Shown here: positions 34,123 through 43,226 of the stretch, in pieces
How the letters are laid out: every line of letters starts with the position of its first letter
How positions within the stretch are numbered: the first letter of the stretch is position 1
From: Desulfobacterales bacterium
GTDB lineage: Bacteria > Desulfobacterota > Desulfobacteria > Desulfobacterales > JAHEIW01
Direction: 5' to 3'
Length of the DNA stretch: 44,878 bases
Assembly (NCBI GenBank): GCA_050122495.1
Contig: JASFIU010000001.1
Span: 1-44,878 of the forward strand
Made by a program: the position numbers and the translations under genes
The notes under the pieces: generated by a model
Databases searched by the model: none
Told to the model about the DNA's origin: nothing
The model's input: the letters and a program-made list of their open reading frames with translations, nothing else

Positions 34123-34211
34123 CAAGTCCGTTGTCAGTCGTCCGTTGTCCGTTGTTGAAAAACCGCAGATCAAATATCTGCTACGGACCACTAACAACAA
34201 TCAACGGACAC
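34123..34211. repeat. CCGTTGT-heptamer hairpin element between oppC-like and oppD-like genes
   Basis: The left arm reads CAAGT CCGTTGT CAGTCGT CCGTTGT CCGTTGT TG (34123-34157). The right arm reads CTACGG ACCACTA ACAACAA TCAACGG ACAC (34181-34211). A central 6-bp hairpin pairs GCAGAT with ATCTGC (34165-34181). Confidence 0.75.
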
Positions 34212-34235
34212 TTTCTAAAACCAAAAGGAAGATGA

Positions 34236-35252
34236 TTGTATAAAATGTCGGGCAAAAACGACATACTGCTTTCAGTTGAGGATCTGAAAGTGTACTTTCG
34301 CAGCGAAGATACGGTTGCCCGGGCTGTGGATGGGGTCAGTTTCGATGTGCGCCGGGAAGAAACCGTCTGTCTGGTGGGAGAGTCCGGTTGCGGCAAAACC
34401 GTCACCGCCCTTAGCGTAATGGGCCTGGTTCCCATTCCGCCCGGCGAAATTGCCGACGGCCGGGTTTTATATCGAGAAAAAAATTTGCTGGAATTCAATG
34501 ATACCGAAATGCAGCAAATCCGCGGCAATCAAATTGCCATGGTCTTCCAGGAACCCCTGACCTCTTTAAATCCAGTCTTTACCATTGGCGACCAGGTCGG
34601 CGAGGCCATCAGCACGCACGAAGATATTCCCGAGAACGAAGTCACCCAGCGCAGCGTGCAGCTATTAAGAGACGTCGGCATCGCGTCAGCGACAGATCGC
34701 CTCAGTGATTACCCCCACCAACTCAGCGGCGGGCAGCGTCAGCGCGTCATGATTGCCATGGCCCTGGCCTGCAGCCCGGACCTGATCATCGCTGACGAGC
34801 CCACCACGGCCCTGGATGTCACCGTGCAGGCTCAGATTTTGCGCCTGCTGGATTCAATTCAGAAATTACGCGCCATGTCGGTCTTGTATATCACCCACGA
34901 CCTGGGGGTGGTCTCAAAGGTCGCCGATCGCGTATGCGTCATGTATGCCGGTATCATCGTTGAACAGGGAAGCCGGCAAGATATTTTTAAAAGCTCAAAA
35001 CATCCTTACACCCAGGCGTTGCTGGCATCGCTTCCCAATCGAGAAAAAAGGGGGCAGCGACTCTATAGCATCCCGGGCACGGTGCCGAATCCGGCATATA
35101 AACCCAGCGGCTGTCCGTTTCATCCGCGCTGCCAGCACGCCATTCAAACCTGCCGGAAGCAATATCCGCGAATGTGCGGGTATGAAGATGGGCACCAGGC
35201 GCGCTGTCCGGTACTGTATGATGGCGGCAAGGAACATTGGAGCGAACATTGA
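34236..35252 (+). CDS. ABC transporter ATP-binding protein (DppD/OppD-like)
   Basis: Walker A is GESGCGKT, the signature is LSGGQRQR and Walker B is LIIADEPT. A C-terminal oligopeptide-transporter Cys motif is present. The start is ambiguous: TTG 34236 (AAGGAAG 5-6 nt upstream) or ATG 34245. Confidence 0.92.
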   Translation: MYKMSGKNDILLSVEDLKVYFRSEDTVARAVDGVSFDVRREETVCLVGESGCGKTVTALSVMGLVPIPPGEIADGRVLYREKNLLEFNDTEMQQIRGNQIAMVFQEPLTSLNPVFTIGDQVGEAISTHEDIPENEVTQRSVQLLRDVGIASATDRLSDYPHQLSGGQRQRVMIAMALACSPDLIIADEPTTALDVTVQAQILRLLDSIQKLRAMSVLYITHDLGVVSKVADRVCVMYAGIIVEQGSRQDIFKSSKHPYTQALLASLPNREKRGQRLYSIPGTVPNPAYKPSGCPFHPRCQHAIQTCRKQYPRMCGYEDGHQARCPVLYDGGKEHWSEH

Positions 35253-35355
35253 TTTTGGATTTTGGAATTTAGATTTTGGATCGAAACGATGTAAGTTGAT
35301 GCTTAGTCAATTAGTCGGCTGTTAAATCCAAAATCCGAGATCTAAAATCTAAAAT
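35251..35355. repeat. GATTTTG-heptamer hairpin element between the two ATPase genes
   Basis: The left arm reads GATTTTG GATTTTG GAATTTA GATTTTG GATC (35251-35282) and overlaps the stop codon at 35250-35252. The right arm reads AAATCC AAAATCC GAGATCT AAAATCT AAAAT (35324-35355). About 31 positions pair, with an internal loop and G.U pairs. Confidence 0.8.
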
Positions 35356-35376
35356 ATAAATGGGTTCGATTAATTT

Positions 35377-36390
35377 ATGAATACAACCAGCTCACACAAC
35401 AGCACCATTCTTGAGGTTGAAAACCTGAAAAAATACTTTCCCATTCGGAGAGGATTTTTCCAGCGTGTCGCCAGCTGGGTTCGTGCGGTGGAAAACGTAT
35501 CCTTTGTGATCAAAGGTGGCAGGACCCTGGGTCTGGTGGGTGAAAGCGGCTGCGGCAAGACGACCGTTGCCCGGTTGATCTTGAAGCTTCTGGCAGCGGA
35601 CGAAGGCAAAATTATTTTTGACGGGCAGGATATTACCGACCTTACCGAAGCCGAAATGAAGCCCTTACGCAAGGAAATACAGATTATCTTTCAGGACCCG
35701 TACGGCTCTCTGAATCCACGCATGACCATCGGGCAGTCCATCGCCGAGGGACTCAGAATTGCCGGCATTCACAATCGTTCCGAGACTCAGCAGCGTCTTG
35801 AAGCACTTTTAAAGATGGTCGGTATGTCGCCGCTCGCAATCGATCGTTTCCCCCATGAATTCAGCGGCGGACAGCGCCAGCGAATCGGCATCGCCCGGGC
35901 CTTAAGCGTCGAACCCGCCTTGATCATTTGCGATGAGCCCGTATCCGCATTGGACGTATCGATCCAGGCCCAGATTATCAACCTATTAAAAGATCTGCAG
36001 GCACAGCTGAATCTGAGCTACCTTTTTATTTCCCATGATCTAAATGTGGTGGGCTATCTTTGTGATATGGTGGCCGTGATGTACAAGGGCCATATCATGG
36101 AATATGCGCCTGCGGATGAGCTTTTCGACCAGCCCGTGCACCCCTATACGCATCTGCTGCTTTCTGCCATCCCGGATACCGAACGCGACGATATGGGTGA
36201 AATGAATTCAATGGCAGACGAACCGGTCAAAACCTTAAACCCGCCGGCCGGGTGCAGTTTCCAGGATCGTTGCCCCATCAGTGAAGACCGCTGCAAACAA
36301 TCCGACATTGATTTTGAGGCAATCAGCGCGGACCATCTGGTACGCTGCTGGAAAACGGCCCAGGACGGCTCTTATCAATTTTTCCCTTGA
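35377..36390 (+). CDS. ABC transporter ATP-binding protein (DppF/OppF-like)
   Basis: Walker A is GESGCGKTT, the signature is FSGGQRQR and Walker B is LIICDEPV. The C-terminal motif is CSFQDRCP..C. Confidence 0.92.
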   Translation: MNTTSSHNSTILEVENLKKYFPIRRGFFQRVASWVRAVENVSFVIKGGRTLGLVGESGCGKTTVARLILKLLAADEGKIIFDGQDITDLTEAEMKPLRKEIQIIFQDPYGSLNPRMTIGQSIAEGLRIAGIHNRSETQQRLEALLKMVGMSPLAIDRFPHEFSGGQRQRIGIARALSVEPALIICDEPVSALDVSIQAQIINLLKDLQAQLNLSYLFISHDLNVVGYLCDMVAVMYKGHIMEYAPADELFDQPVHPYTHLLLSAIPDTERDDMGEMNSMADEPVKTLNPPAGCSFQDRCPISEDRCKQSDIDFEAISADHLVRCWKTAQDGSYQFFP

Positions 36391-36409
36391 TGGGAAAGGA
36401 AACCGCCAC

Positions 36410-37609
36410 GTGTACAACACCGATGTCAATACGCCGCAGTCTGAAATAGATCAAAGAATTGCAGCATTAAGAAAACAGCTCGATGAAAACAATATGGAAG
36501 CTGCCTTGCTGGTCCAGCGGGCAGATCTTTTTTATTTTACCGGCAGCGTTCAAGAAGCCCATCTTTACGTACCGGTGGATGACGAACCAATTTTAATGGT
36601 TTTTAAAAGCCTCGAGCGTGCGATTGCCGAATCCGCATTGAGTCGCATTGTGCCTTTAGCCTCACCCAAGGCGCTTCCGGATATGCTAAGCCAGTACGGA
36701 TATGATGTCCCTCCCGTGATTGGAATGGAGCTGGATGTTTTGCCAACCAATTTATATTTTACCTACCAAAAGGCATTGCCAGAAAAAAAACTCGTCGACA
36801 TTTCGCATTTGATTCGACTGGTGCGAGCCATAAAATCACCGTATGAAATTGATATGTTGAGGCGGGCTGCCGAGGGATCTGATCAGGTGGCCGCCTGCGT
36901 TCCTGAGTATCTACGCGAAGGAATAACCGAACTCGAACTGGCCGGCAAGCTTGAAGCTGAAGCCCGCAAACGAGGTCATCAGGGGATTGTGCGATTGCGT
37001 TATTGGGGCGGTGAGTCGTTTTACGGACATCTGATGGCCGGACCCGCCAGTGCCGCGCCCAGTTTCCTGCGCTCTCCCACCGGCGGCATCGGTGCCGGCC
37101 CGGCGGTCGCCCAGGGTCCGAGTTTCAGGCCCATTCAACGTCATGAACCGGTGATGTTAGACTATGTGTTTGCGCTAAACGGCTATTATTCAGACCATAC
37201 CCGCATTTTTTCGATCGGTGAACCCGGCGATGACCTGAAAGCGGCCCATAACGCCATGCTGGATGTTCAGGCCCTGATCAAAAAGGAAGCCAAACCGGGC
37301 GTTAAATCCGGCGATATGTATGAGCTGGCTATCGAGCATACCCGCAGCCTGGGATATGAGCAAAATTTTTTGGGGGCGGGCGAAGAGCGCGTCCGCTTTG
37401 TCGGGCATGGCATCGGCACCGAGCTGGATGAGTACCCTTTTTTGGCATCCGGCCAAACGCTGGCGCTTCAGGAAAACATGATCGTGGCACTGGAACCCAA
37501 GTTGATTTTTCCGGACAAAGGTGTCGTCGGCATCGAAAATACGCATGTGGTTACCCAAAATGGATTGGAACAGCTGGGACAGTTTCAAGACGAGATATTC
37601 GTTGTTTGA
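36410..37609 (+). CDS. M24-family Xaa-Pro aminopeptidase/dipeptidase (prolidase-like)
   Basis: I prefer GTG 36410 (GAAAGGA upstream); the track's 36281 start overlaps the preceding gene. All five M24 metal ligands are present in context (LDY, SDHTR, GHGIG, ALEP, GIEN). There is a creatinase/prolidase-type N-domain. Confidence 0.85.
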   Translation: MYNTDVNTPQSEIDQRIAALRKQLDENNMEAALLVQRADLFYFTGSVQEAHLYVPVDDEPILMVFKSLERAIAESALSRIVPLASPKALPDMLSQYGYDVPPVIGMELDVLPTNLYFTYQKALPEKKLVDISHLIRLVRAIKSPYEIDMLRRAAEGSDQVAACVPEYLREGITELELAGKLEAEARKRGHQGIVRLRYWGGESFYGHLMAGPASAAPSFLRSPTGGIGAGPAVAQGPSFRPIQRHEPVMLDYVFALNGYYSDHTRIFSIGEPGDDLKAAHNAMLDVQALIKKEAKPGVKSGDMYELAIEHTRSLGYEQNFLGAGEERVRFVGHGIGTELDEYPFLASGQTLALQENMIVALEPKLIFPDKGVVGIENTHVVTQNGLEQLGQFQDEIFVV

Positions 37610-37757
37610 GCAAACAACTTTTGCTATTTTTTTTCATTCGAAATGTCCTTTTCTAACCCGATTCGTTTTTTCTTCAAATCCTTTATCATGTGATCAAACG
37701 GGCACTTCGAGTATTTTTTGATATATTTAGATATAAATTCTAATGTTAGGTGCTTCT

Positions 37758-39851
37758 ATGACCTTAAGAATTGGCGCTGATATCGGCGGAACCTTCACGG
37801 ATCTGATCCTGATCGATGATGACGGAAAGGTTTTTCAAGTGGGTAAAGTATTGACGACACCTGATCAGCCGGATGACGCTGTATTGATCGGGATTGAACA
37901 AGTGCTCACTGAAACTGGCATCGATCCCAAAAATGTTTCGCATCTTGTGCACGGCACCACGCTTTTTACGAACGCATTGATCGAGCGCAAGGGCGCTTGC
38001 ACGGCATTAATTACCACAGCCGGCTTTCGCGACGCAATCGAGATCGCACGCGAACATCGCTTTGACATGTACGATCTTTACATGCGAAGGCCGGAACCGC
38101 TGGCGCCCCGGTTTCTGCGTTTTGAACTCGATGAACGCTTGCTTGCCGACGGCACCGTGCGCAAGCCGTTAGAAGAGGGCGATGTGAATACCATCATTTC
38201 AGCTTTGAAGAAGGAGGGCGTTGAAGCGGTCGCAGTTTCTCTGATTCATTCCTATGTGAATGGCACCCATGAACAGCGGGTGGCTGAAATTCTATCCCAA
38301 AACCTTCCTGAAGTCGCCGTGACCATCTCAAGCGATCTGGTACCGGAAATTCGAGAATACGATCGCACCTCGACCACGCTTGTGAATGTATATGTCAAAA
38401 AAATCGCCCAGAGTTATCTGCGTCGCTTAAAGCAGCGTTTGGGCGCGGAAGCAGGCATCCGCAGCACAATGTTTGTGATGCAATCGAATGGGGGGGTATG
38501 CGAAATCTCAACAGCGACGCAATACCCGGTGCGGGTCGTAGAGTCCGGACCGGCCGCTGGCGCTTTAGCTGCTGCCCATTATGGGGCTTTGCTGGGTCAC
38601 AAAGATTTACTATCCTTTGATATGGGAGGGACAACAGCCAAAGCATGTATCATCTCAGAAGGAGAACCGGCCGTAACAAGCGAATTTGAGGTGGATCGCC
38701 AATACCAGTTTAAAAAAGGAAGTGGCTTACCGGTTAAGATTCCTGTGATCGAAATGATAGAGATCGGCACCGGTGGCGGCTCAATCGCCAGGGTTGACAA
38801 TATGCGACGTTTGCAGGTTGGCCCCGACAGTGCCGGTGCTTCACCGGGACCGGTCTCATATGATCTTGGTGGGACTGAACCGACAGTTACCGATGCCGAT
38901 CTCGTTTTGGGCTATCTGGATCCTGGTTTTTTCCTGGGCGGCAGCATGCCCTTGAATATGGACGCCGCCTGCAGCGCAATCGACCATAAGATCGGGCAAC
39001 GACTAAATCTCACCCTGATAGAGGCAGCCTGGGGTATCCACCAGCTGGCGAACGAAAGTATGGCTTCTGCTGCCAGGATCCATGCGATTGAGCGGGGCAA
39101 GGACGTTGGAAAGTTTCCGATTTTCGCCTTCGGTGGAGCCGGTCCTGTACATGCATATGGCGTTGCCAGCATTTTGGGCATCCCACGGATAATCTACCCC
39201 CTGGGCGCAGGGGTTATGGCTGCCATCGGATTCATGACCGCACCCTTGAGCCTGGATTTTTCGCGGACGTTTCCGGGGACTCTAAATAGCCTCGATTGGC
39301 AGGAAGTTAACAAATTGTTCGCTGATATGGAAGCAGAAGGACAAATGGCGCTGAACCGGATTATTCCCGAGGAGCAAATCGCGTTTAAACGTTATGCGGA
39401 CATGCGCTATCGCAAACAGGGGTATGAAATTCGCGTACCGATCCCGGGTGGTGCGCTTAGCGACTCCCGGCGGGAGGAGCTTAAATCCAATTTCGAGCAA
39501 GTGTATGTGTCCATCTACGGTCATACCATGCCCGATACATCCATAGACATTATATCGTGGCGAGTGGTCGCTCGGGGGCCGAAACCGAATGTGAATCTCC
39601 CAAGGGCGGAGCCAGATGCAGCCCTTGATGCAGCATCTGCCCGCAAAGGCATGCGGCAGGTCTACTTACCGAAACATCGGGATAGCGTAAAGATACCCGT
39701 ATACGACCGCTACGCGCTGCTTTTAGACACCGTATTTGAGGGGCCTGCCATCATCGAGGAGCGTGAGTCGACCGTCGTTGTCAATGGTCCCGCAAAAATT
39801 AGAGTGGATGAATATAAAAATCTGATTGTCGACATCCCGGTGCGGAGGTAA
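37758..39851 (+). CDS. Hydantoinase/oxoprolinase family, A (HyuA-type, ATP-binding) subunit
   Basis: ATG 37758 begins MTLRIGADIGGTFTD, an ASKHA-type phosphate-1 motif. A second motif, FDMGGTTAK, is present. The length is about 697 aa. Confidence 0.88.
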   Translation: MTLRIGADIGGTFTDLILIDDDGKVFQVGKVLTTPDQPDDAVLIGIEQVLTETGIDPKNVSHLVHGTTLFTNALIERKGACTALITTAGFRDAIEIAREHRFDMYDLYMRRPEPLAPRFLRFELDERLLADGTVRKPLEEGDVNTIISALKKEGVEAVAVSLIHSYVNGTHEQRVAEILSQNLPEVAVTISSDLVPEIREYDRTSTTLVNVYVKKIAQSYLRRLKQRLGAEAGIRSTMFVMQSNGGVCEISTATQYPVRVVESGPAAGALAAAHYGALLGHKDLLSFDMGGTTAKACIISEGEPAVTSEFEVDRQYQFKKGSGLPVKIPVIEMIEIGTGGGSIARVDNMRRLQVGPDSAGASPGPVSYDLGGTEPTVTDADLVLGYLDPGFFLGGSMPLNMDAACSAIDHKIGQRLNLTLIEAAWGIHQLANESMASAARIHAIERGKDVGKFPIFAFGGAGPVHAYGVASILGIPRIIYPLGAGVMAAIGFMTAPLSLDFSRTFPGTLNSLDWQEVNKLFADMEAEGQMALNRIIPEEQIAFKRYADMRYRKQGYEIRVPIPGGALSDSRREELKSNFEQVYVSIYGHTMPDTSIDIISWRVVARGPKPNVNLPRAEPDAALDAASARKGMRQVYLPKHRDSVKIPVYDRYALLLDTVFEGPAIIEERESTVVVNGPAKIRVDEYKNLIVDIPVRR

Positions 39852-39877
39852 TTTCCTTTTCATTGGAGGTCACGCAT

Positions 39878-41572
39878 ATGGATCAAATCACCCTGGATAT
39901 TCTGTGGAACCGCTTGATTGCAACCGTAAACGAGCAGGCCGCCGCATTAATGCGGTCTTCATTCACCTCGATTGTTCGCGAAGCGGGCGATTTGTCCGCC
40001 GGTGTTTTTGATTGTCGCGGTCAGATGGTGGCCCAAGCGGTTACCGGCACCCCCGGTCATATTAACTCGCTGGCAACTGGAATGATCCACATCCTTGAAC
40101 GGTTTCCTGCGGATTCGCTGGTAGCCGGTGATGTATTGATCACCAATGATCCCTGGAAAACCGCTTCTCAGCTCAATGATATCACCATCGCCACTCCCAT
40201 CTTCATGAAGGACAAGCTGGTGGCGTTTTTCGTTAACTGCTGTCATGCGCTGGACATCGGCGGCCGGGGGCTTTCAGCGGACTCTCGATCCGTCTATGAA
40301 GAAGGCATGTTTATTCCGGTGATGAAGCTCTATGATGCCGGGAGTCCGGTGGAAGCTATCTTTGAGTTATTGAGCGCCAATGTGCGCACACCGGAAGAAG
40401 TGAACGGAGATATTCATTCCCAGATCGTCGCAAACGAGGTCGGCGGAAAACAGCTCCTCGCCTTTATGAAAGAGTTTGACTTGCAAGACATCGAAGGCCT
40501 TTCCGATGAGATTATCGGCCGCACCGAAAAAGCGATGCGGGACTGCATCAGTGATCTTCCCAACGGCGGGTATGCGTTCGAACTCACCATTGATGGATTC
40601 GACAACCCGATTGTCATCAGCACAAACATCACCATTGATGAAGATGACCTGACGGTTGATTTTGATGGCACTTCCGGAGCTGTACCCCAGGGAATCAATG
40701 TTTGCCTCAACTACACCCGGGCATATACCACTTATGGAATCAAGTGCGTCATCGCGCCGGACATACCCAATAATGAAGGAAGTTTTCGGCCGGTAAAAGT
40801 GGAGGCCCCACCGAACAGTATCCTCAACGCCGGTTATCCGTCCGCAGTCGGTGGGCGCCATCTTGTGGGCCATTTTTTACCTTCAGCGGTCATGGGCGCG
40901 TTCGCCCAGGCCTTGCCGGAGCGGATCATGGCACCGGGTTTCGATGGGCTCTGGGACACTTGCATTTCTGGCATCGAGCGCAATACAGGTAAGCATTTCA
41001 GCTTTACCTGGTTTTCTTCCGGCGGCACGGGTGCCCTCAAGGGCCAGGACGGATTGTCGGCAACAGCCTACCCCAGCGGTATTGCCGGGGTCCCCGTAGA
41101 AGTCATTGAAACATTGGCTCCGCTAGTGATCCGGCGGCGTGAGCTAAGAGCCGACTCCGGTGGTCCCGGTAATTTCCGGGGCGGCCTCGGCCAGACGATG
41201 GAAATCGAAGTGCTAAGCGATGAACCTTATTTATTTGCCGGACTATACGAGCGCATCAAATTTCCCGCACCGGGCCTGCATGGTGGAAAAGACGGATACT
41301 CCGGGCAGCTGCGGGCCAGTAACAACATCGACCTTAAACCCAAAATTAGCTGCCTGCTGCCTGAGGGTACGCGCGTGATCCTGGAGATGCCCGGAGGTGG
41401 CGGTTTCGGGCCGCCAGTGGAGCGGGATTTAAAACGGGTACGCGATGATGTACGCAATGGTTATGTGTCACCCCAATCCGCTAAAGAGGACTACGGCGTT
41501 ATCATCGACACCAAACGATGGGAAGTTGACGAAGCAGCAACAAAAGAATTGCGCCAACAGATGAAAGGCTAA
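39878..41572 (+). CDS. Hydantoinase B/oxoprolinase family, B (HyuB-type) subunit
   Basis: ATG 39878 follows GGAGG. MDQITLDILWNRL...SFTSIVREAGDLSAGVFD is the typical HyuB N-terminus. It is tightly linked to the A subunit. Confidence 0.88.
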   Translation: MDQITLDILWNRLIATVNEQAAALMRSSFTSIVREAGDLSAGVFDCRGQMVAQAVTGTPGHINSLATGMIHILERFPADSLVAGDVLITNDPWKTASQLNDITIATPIFMKDKLVAFFVNCCHALDIGGRGLSADSRSVYEEGMFIPVMKLYDAGSPVEAIFELLSANVRTPEEVNGDIHSQIVANEVGGKQLLAFMKEFDLQDIEGLSDEIIGRTEKAMRDCISDLPNGGYAFELTIDGFDNPIVISTNITIDEDDLTVDFDGTSGAVPQGINVCLNYTRAYTTYGIKCVIAPDIPNNEGSFRPVKVEAPPNSILNAGYPSAVGGRHLVGHFLPSAVMGAFAQALPERIMAPGFDGLWDTCISGIERNTGKHFSFTWFSSGGTGALKGQDGLSATAYPSGIAGVPVEVIETLAPLVIRRRELRADSGGPGNFRGGLGQTMEIEVLSDEPYLFAGLYERIKFPAPGLHGGKDGYSGQLRASNNIDLKPKISCLLPEGTRVILEMPGGGGFGPPVERDLKRVRDDVRNGYVSPQSAKEDYGVIIDTKRWEVDEAATKELRQQMKG

Positions 41573-41576
41573 CACA

Positions 41577-42545
41577 TTAGAACCCATCTGAAAAGCTGTC
41601 TTCAATTCTGCGTAATTTTTCCTCCACTTCCACAAGCGCCTGCCGAGCCTCATCCGAGGTTACCGCCCTGAAATGAATTTCATCGCCAGGTTTGATTTGT
41701 CCCAGAAGGGGAAGATCGGCAGCAATCACGGTGGCTATTTTTCGATATCCTCCGCTGACGGTCTCGCCCAAAATAATAATGGGCTTGCCATCCCCCGGGA
41801 TTTGAATCGCTCCTGAAATCACACCTTCAGAAATAATCGACTCCGCCACATCGCGCTTGCGTTGAATTTGAGGTCCCTGCAACCGAATGCCGGTACGGTC
41901 CGAGTCAGGAGACACCTGATAGGATGAATCCAGGAAGGTGCCTCTTCCCGTTTCGGTGAAATCGTCGTCCTGAGGGCCCCACATGACGCGCAAGGACCAC
42001 GTGTTCGAATAGATTGGGATCCAGCGCGGGTCAATTGATCGCCCGGGAGCTTTCAATTTACCGGCGGGCAAATCGGCTGCCAAGATATCACCGGATTGGA
42101 AAGCCCGCCCCTGGTACCCACCAAATGCCGAAGGCAGGTTTGTGGATCGGCTTCCCATGACGGTGGGTATTTGAATCTCGCCGCCAAAAGCAACATAGGC
42201 TCGACAACCACTCCGGGGCCCTTGGCAGGAAAAAATTTCACCTTGGCTCATTTCTAAAGCGCGCCACATCGGAATCGGTTTTTGTCCGATCACAGGCTGC
42301 AAATCCGCGCCGGTAACTGAAATCAGAATATCCGTTAAAGCTCTGAAGCGCAACCCCAGCAAGGTGGTTTCCAGACAGGCCTGATCCTGAGGATTAGCGA
42401 CCAGCAGATTGGCAACCCGTAAGGCAAAGGAATCCAATGCGCCGCTGGCGGCAACACCAAAGCGGCCGAAACCGAATCTGCCAAGATCCTGTATCGTCGT
42501 TTGCAAACCCGGTGATAGTATTTCAATACAATCTACAGCTGACAT
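41577..42545 (-). CDS. pxpC: 5-oxoprolinase subunit C (PxpC; KipA/allophanate-hydrolase-subunit-2 family)
   Basis: The N-terminus is IEILSPGLQTTIQDLGR.G....GV..SGA.D. The 322-aa gene overlaps the pxpB stop by 13 nt. Confidence 0.85.
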   Translation of the reverse strand: MSAVDCIEILSPGLQTTIQDLGRFGFGRFGVAASGALDSFALRVANLLVANPQDQACLETTLLGLRFRALTDILISVTGADLQPVIGQKPIPMWRALEMSQGEIFSCQGPRSGCRAYVAFGGEIQIPTVMGSRSTNLPSAFGGYQGRAFQSGDILAADLPAGKLKAPGRSIDPRWIPIYSNTWSLRVMWGPQDDDFTETGRGTFLDSSYQVSPDSDRTGIRLQGPQIQRKRDVAESIISEGVISGAIQIPGDGKPIIILGETVSGGYRKIATVIAADLPLLGQIKPGDEIHFRAVTSDEARQALVEVEEKLRRIEDSFSDGF

Positions 42546-43219
42546 CGGTCGAATTCTTCCTCAGTAATCGCATAGAACTGGACTAAATCACCCATTTCTA
42601 AAAGCGCGGCTGGGGAGCTTTCTGGATTGAAAAGGGTAACCGGTGTTCGGCCGATAATCTGCCAGCCGCCCGGGCTTTCCACGGGATAAATGCCGGTTTG
42701 CTTTTGGGCAATACCCACCGAACCGCGGGGCACGTGGGTTCGGGGTGATTCGCGCCTCGGCGTTACCAGCGCTTCGAGAATCTCCCCCATATAGGGGAAG
42801 CCTGGGGTAAAACCAATCATATATACCCAATAAGTGGGTTGCGTATGGAGCCCAATGACGTCGCTGGGCGTCATTCCGTGGTAGTCGGCCACCCATTTTA
42901 AATCGGGCCCGCAATCATCGTTGTATAAGACCGGAATCTCCACGGTTTTGGGTGCGGGTATCTGAATCTGATCCAATTCGGCCAAAATTTTGCTGATGGT
43001 ATTCTTTATTTTATTGAGTGAAAGCATCAAAGGGTCATAAACAATGAGCAACGATCGATAGCTGGGAACGAGTTCCTTTATTCCGATAAGGCCCTGACTA
43101 TCTAACCCCAGAAAAAGTGCGCGCACCTTGCGGTTGATCTGCTGACTGATGCCATCACCCAGTTCCACCAAAAGGCCGCGATCTCCCATAGTCCGGTATT
43201 TAGGTTTATCGTACAGCAT
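42533..43219 (-). CDS. pxpB: 5-oxoprolinase subunit B (PxpB; KipI/allophanate-hydrolase-subunit-1 family)
   Basis: I prefer ATG 43219 (MLYDKPKYRTMGDRGLLVELGD). The longer track ORF would overlap pxpA. Family-like motifs are PSYRSLLIVYDP and GFTPGFPYMG. Confidence 0.85.
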   Translation of the reverse strand: MLYDKPKYRTMGDRGLLVELGDGISQQINRKVRALFLGLDSQGLIGIKELVPSYRSLLIVYDPLMLSLNKIKNTISKILAELDQIQIPAPKTVEIPVLYNDDCGPDLKWVADYHGMTPSDVIGLHTQPTYWVYMIGFTPGFPYMGEILEALVTPRRESPRTHVPRGSVGIAQKQTGIYPVESPGGWQIIGRTPVTLFNPESSPAALLEMGDLVQFYAITEEEFDRCQL

Positions 43220-43226
43220 AAATATC

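Noticed and set aside
36281-36409. The N-terminal extension of the M24 peptidase ORF given by the track (start at 36281).
   Set aside because: It would overlap the last 110 nt of the oppF-like gene in another frame. GTG 36410, preceded by GAAAGGA, gives a ~399-aa protein beginning at the conserved creatinase/prolidase N-domain.
36410-37609. Creatinase (which would suggest a creatinine/N-methylhydantoin pathway together with hyuA/hyuB).
   Set aside because: All five M24 metal-ligand positions (D, D, H, E, E) are intact. Creatinases have lost them. The gene is therefore better called a metallo-prolidase or aminopeptidase.
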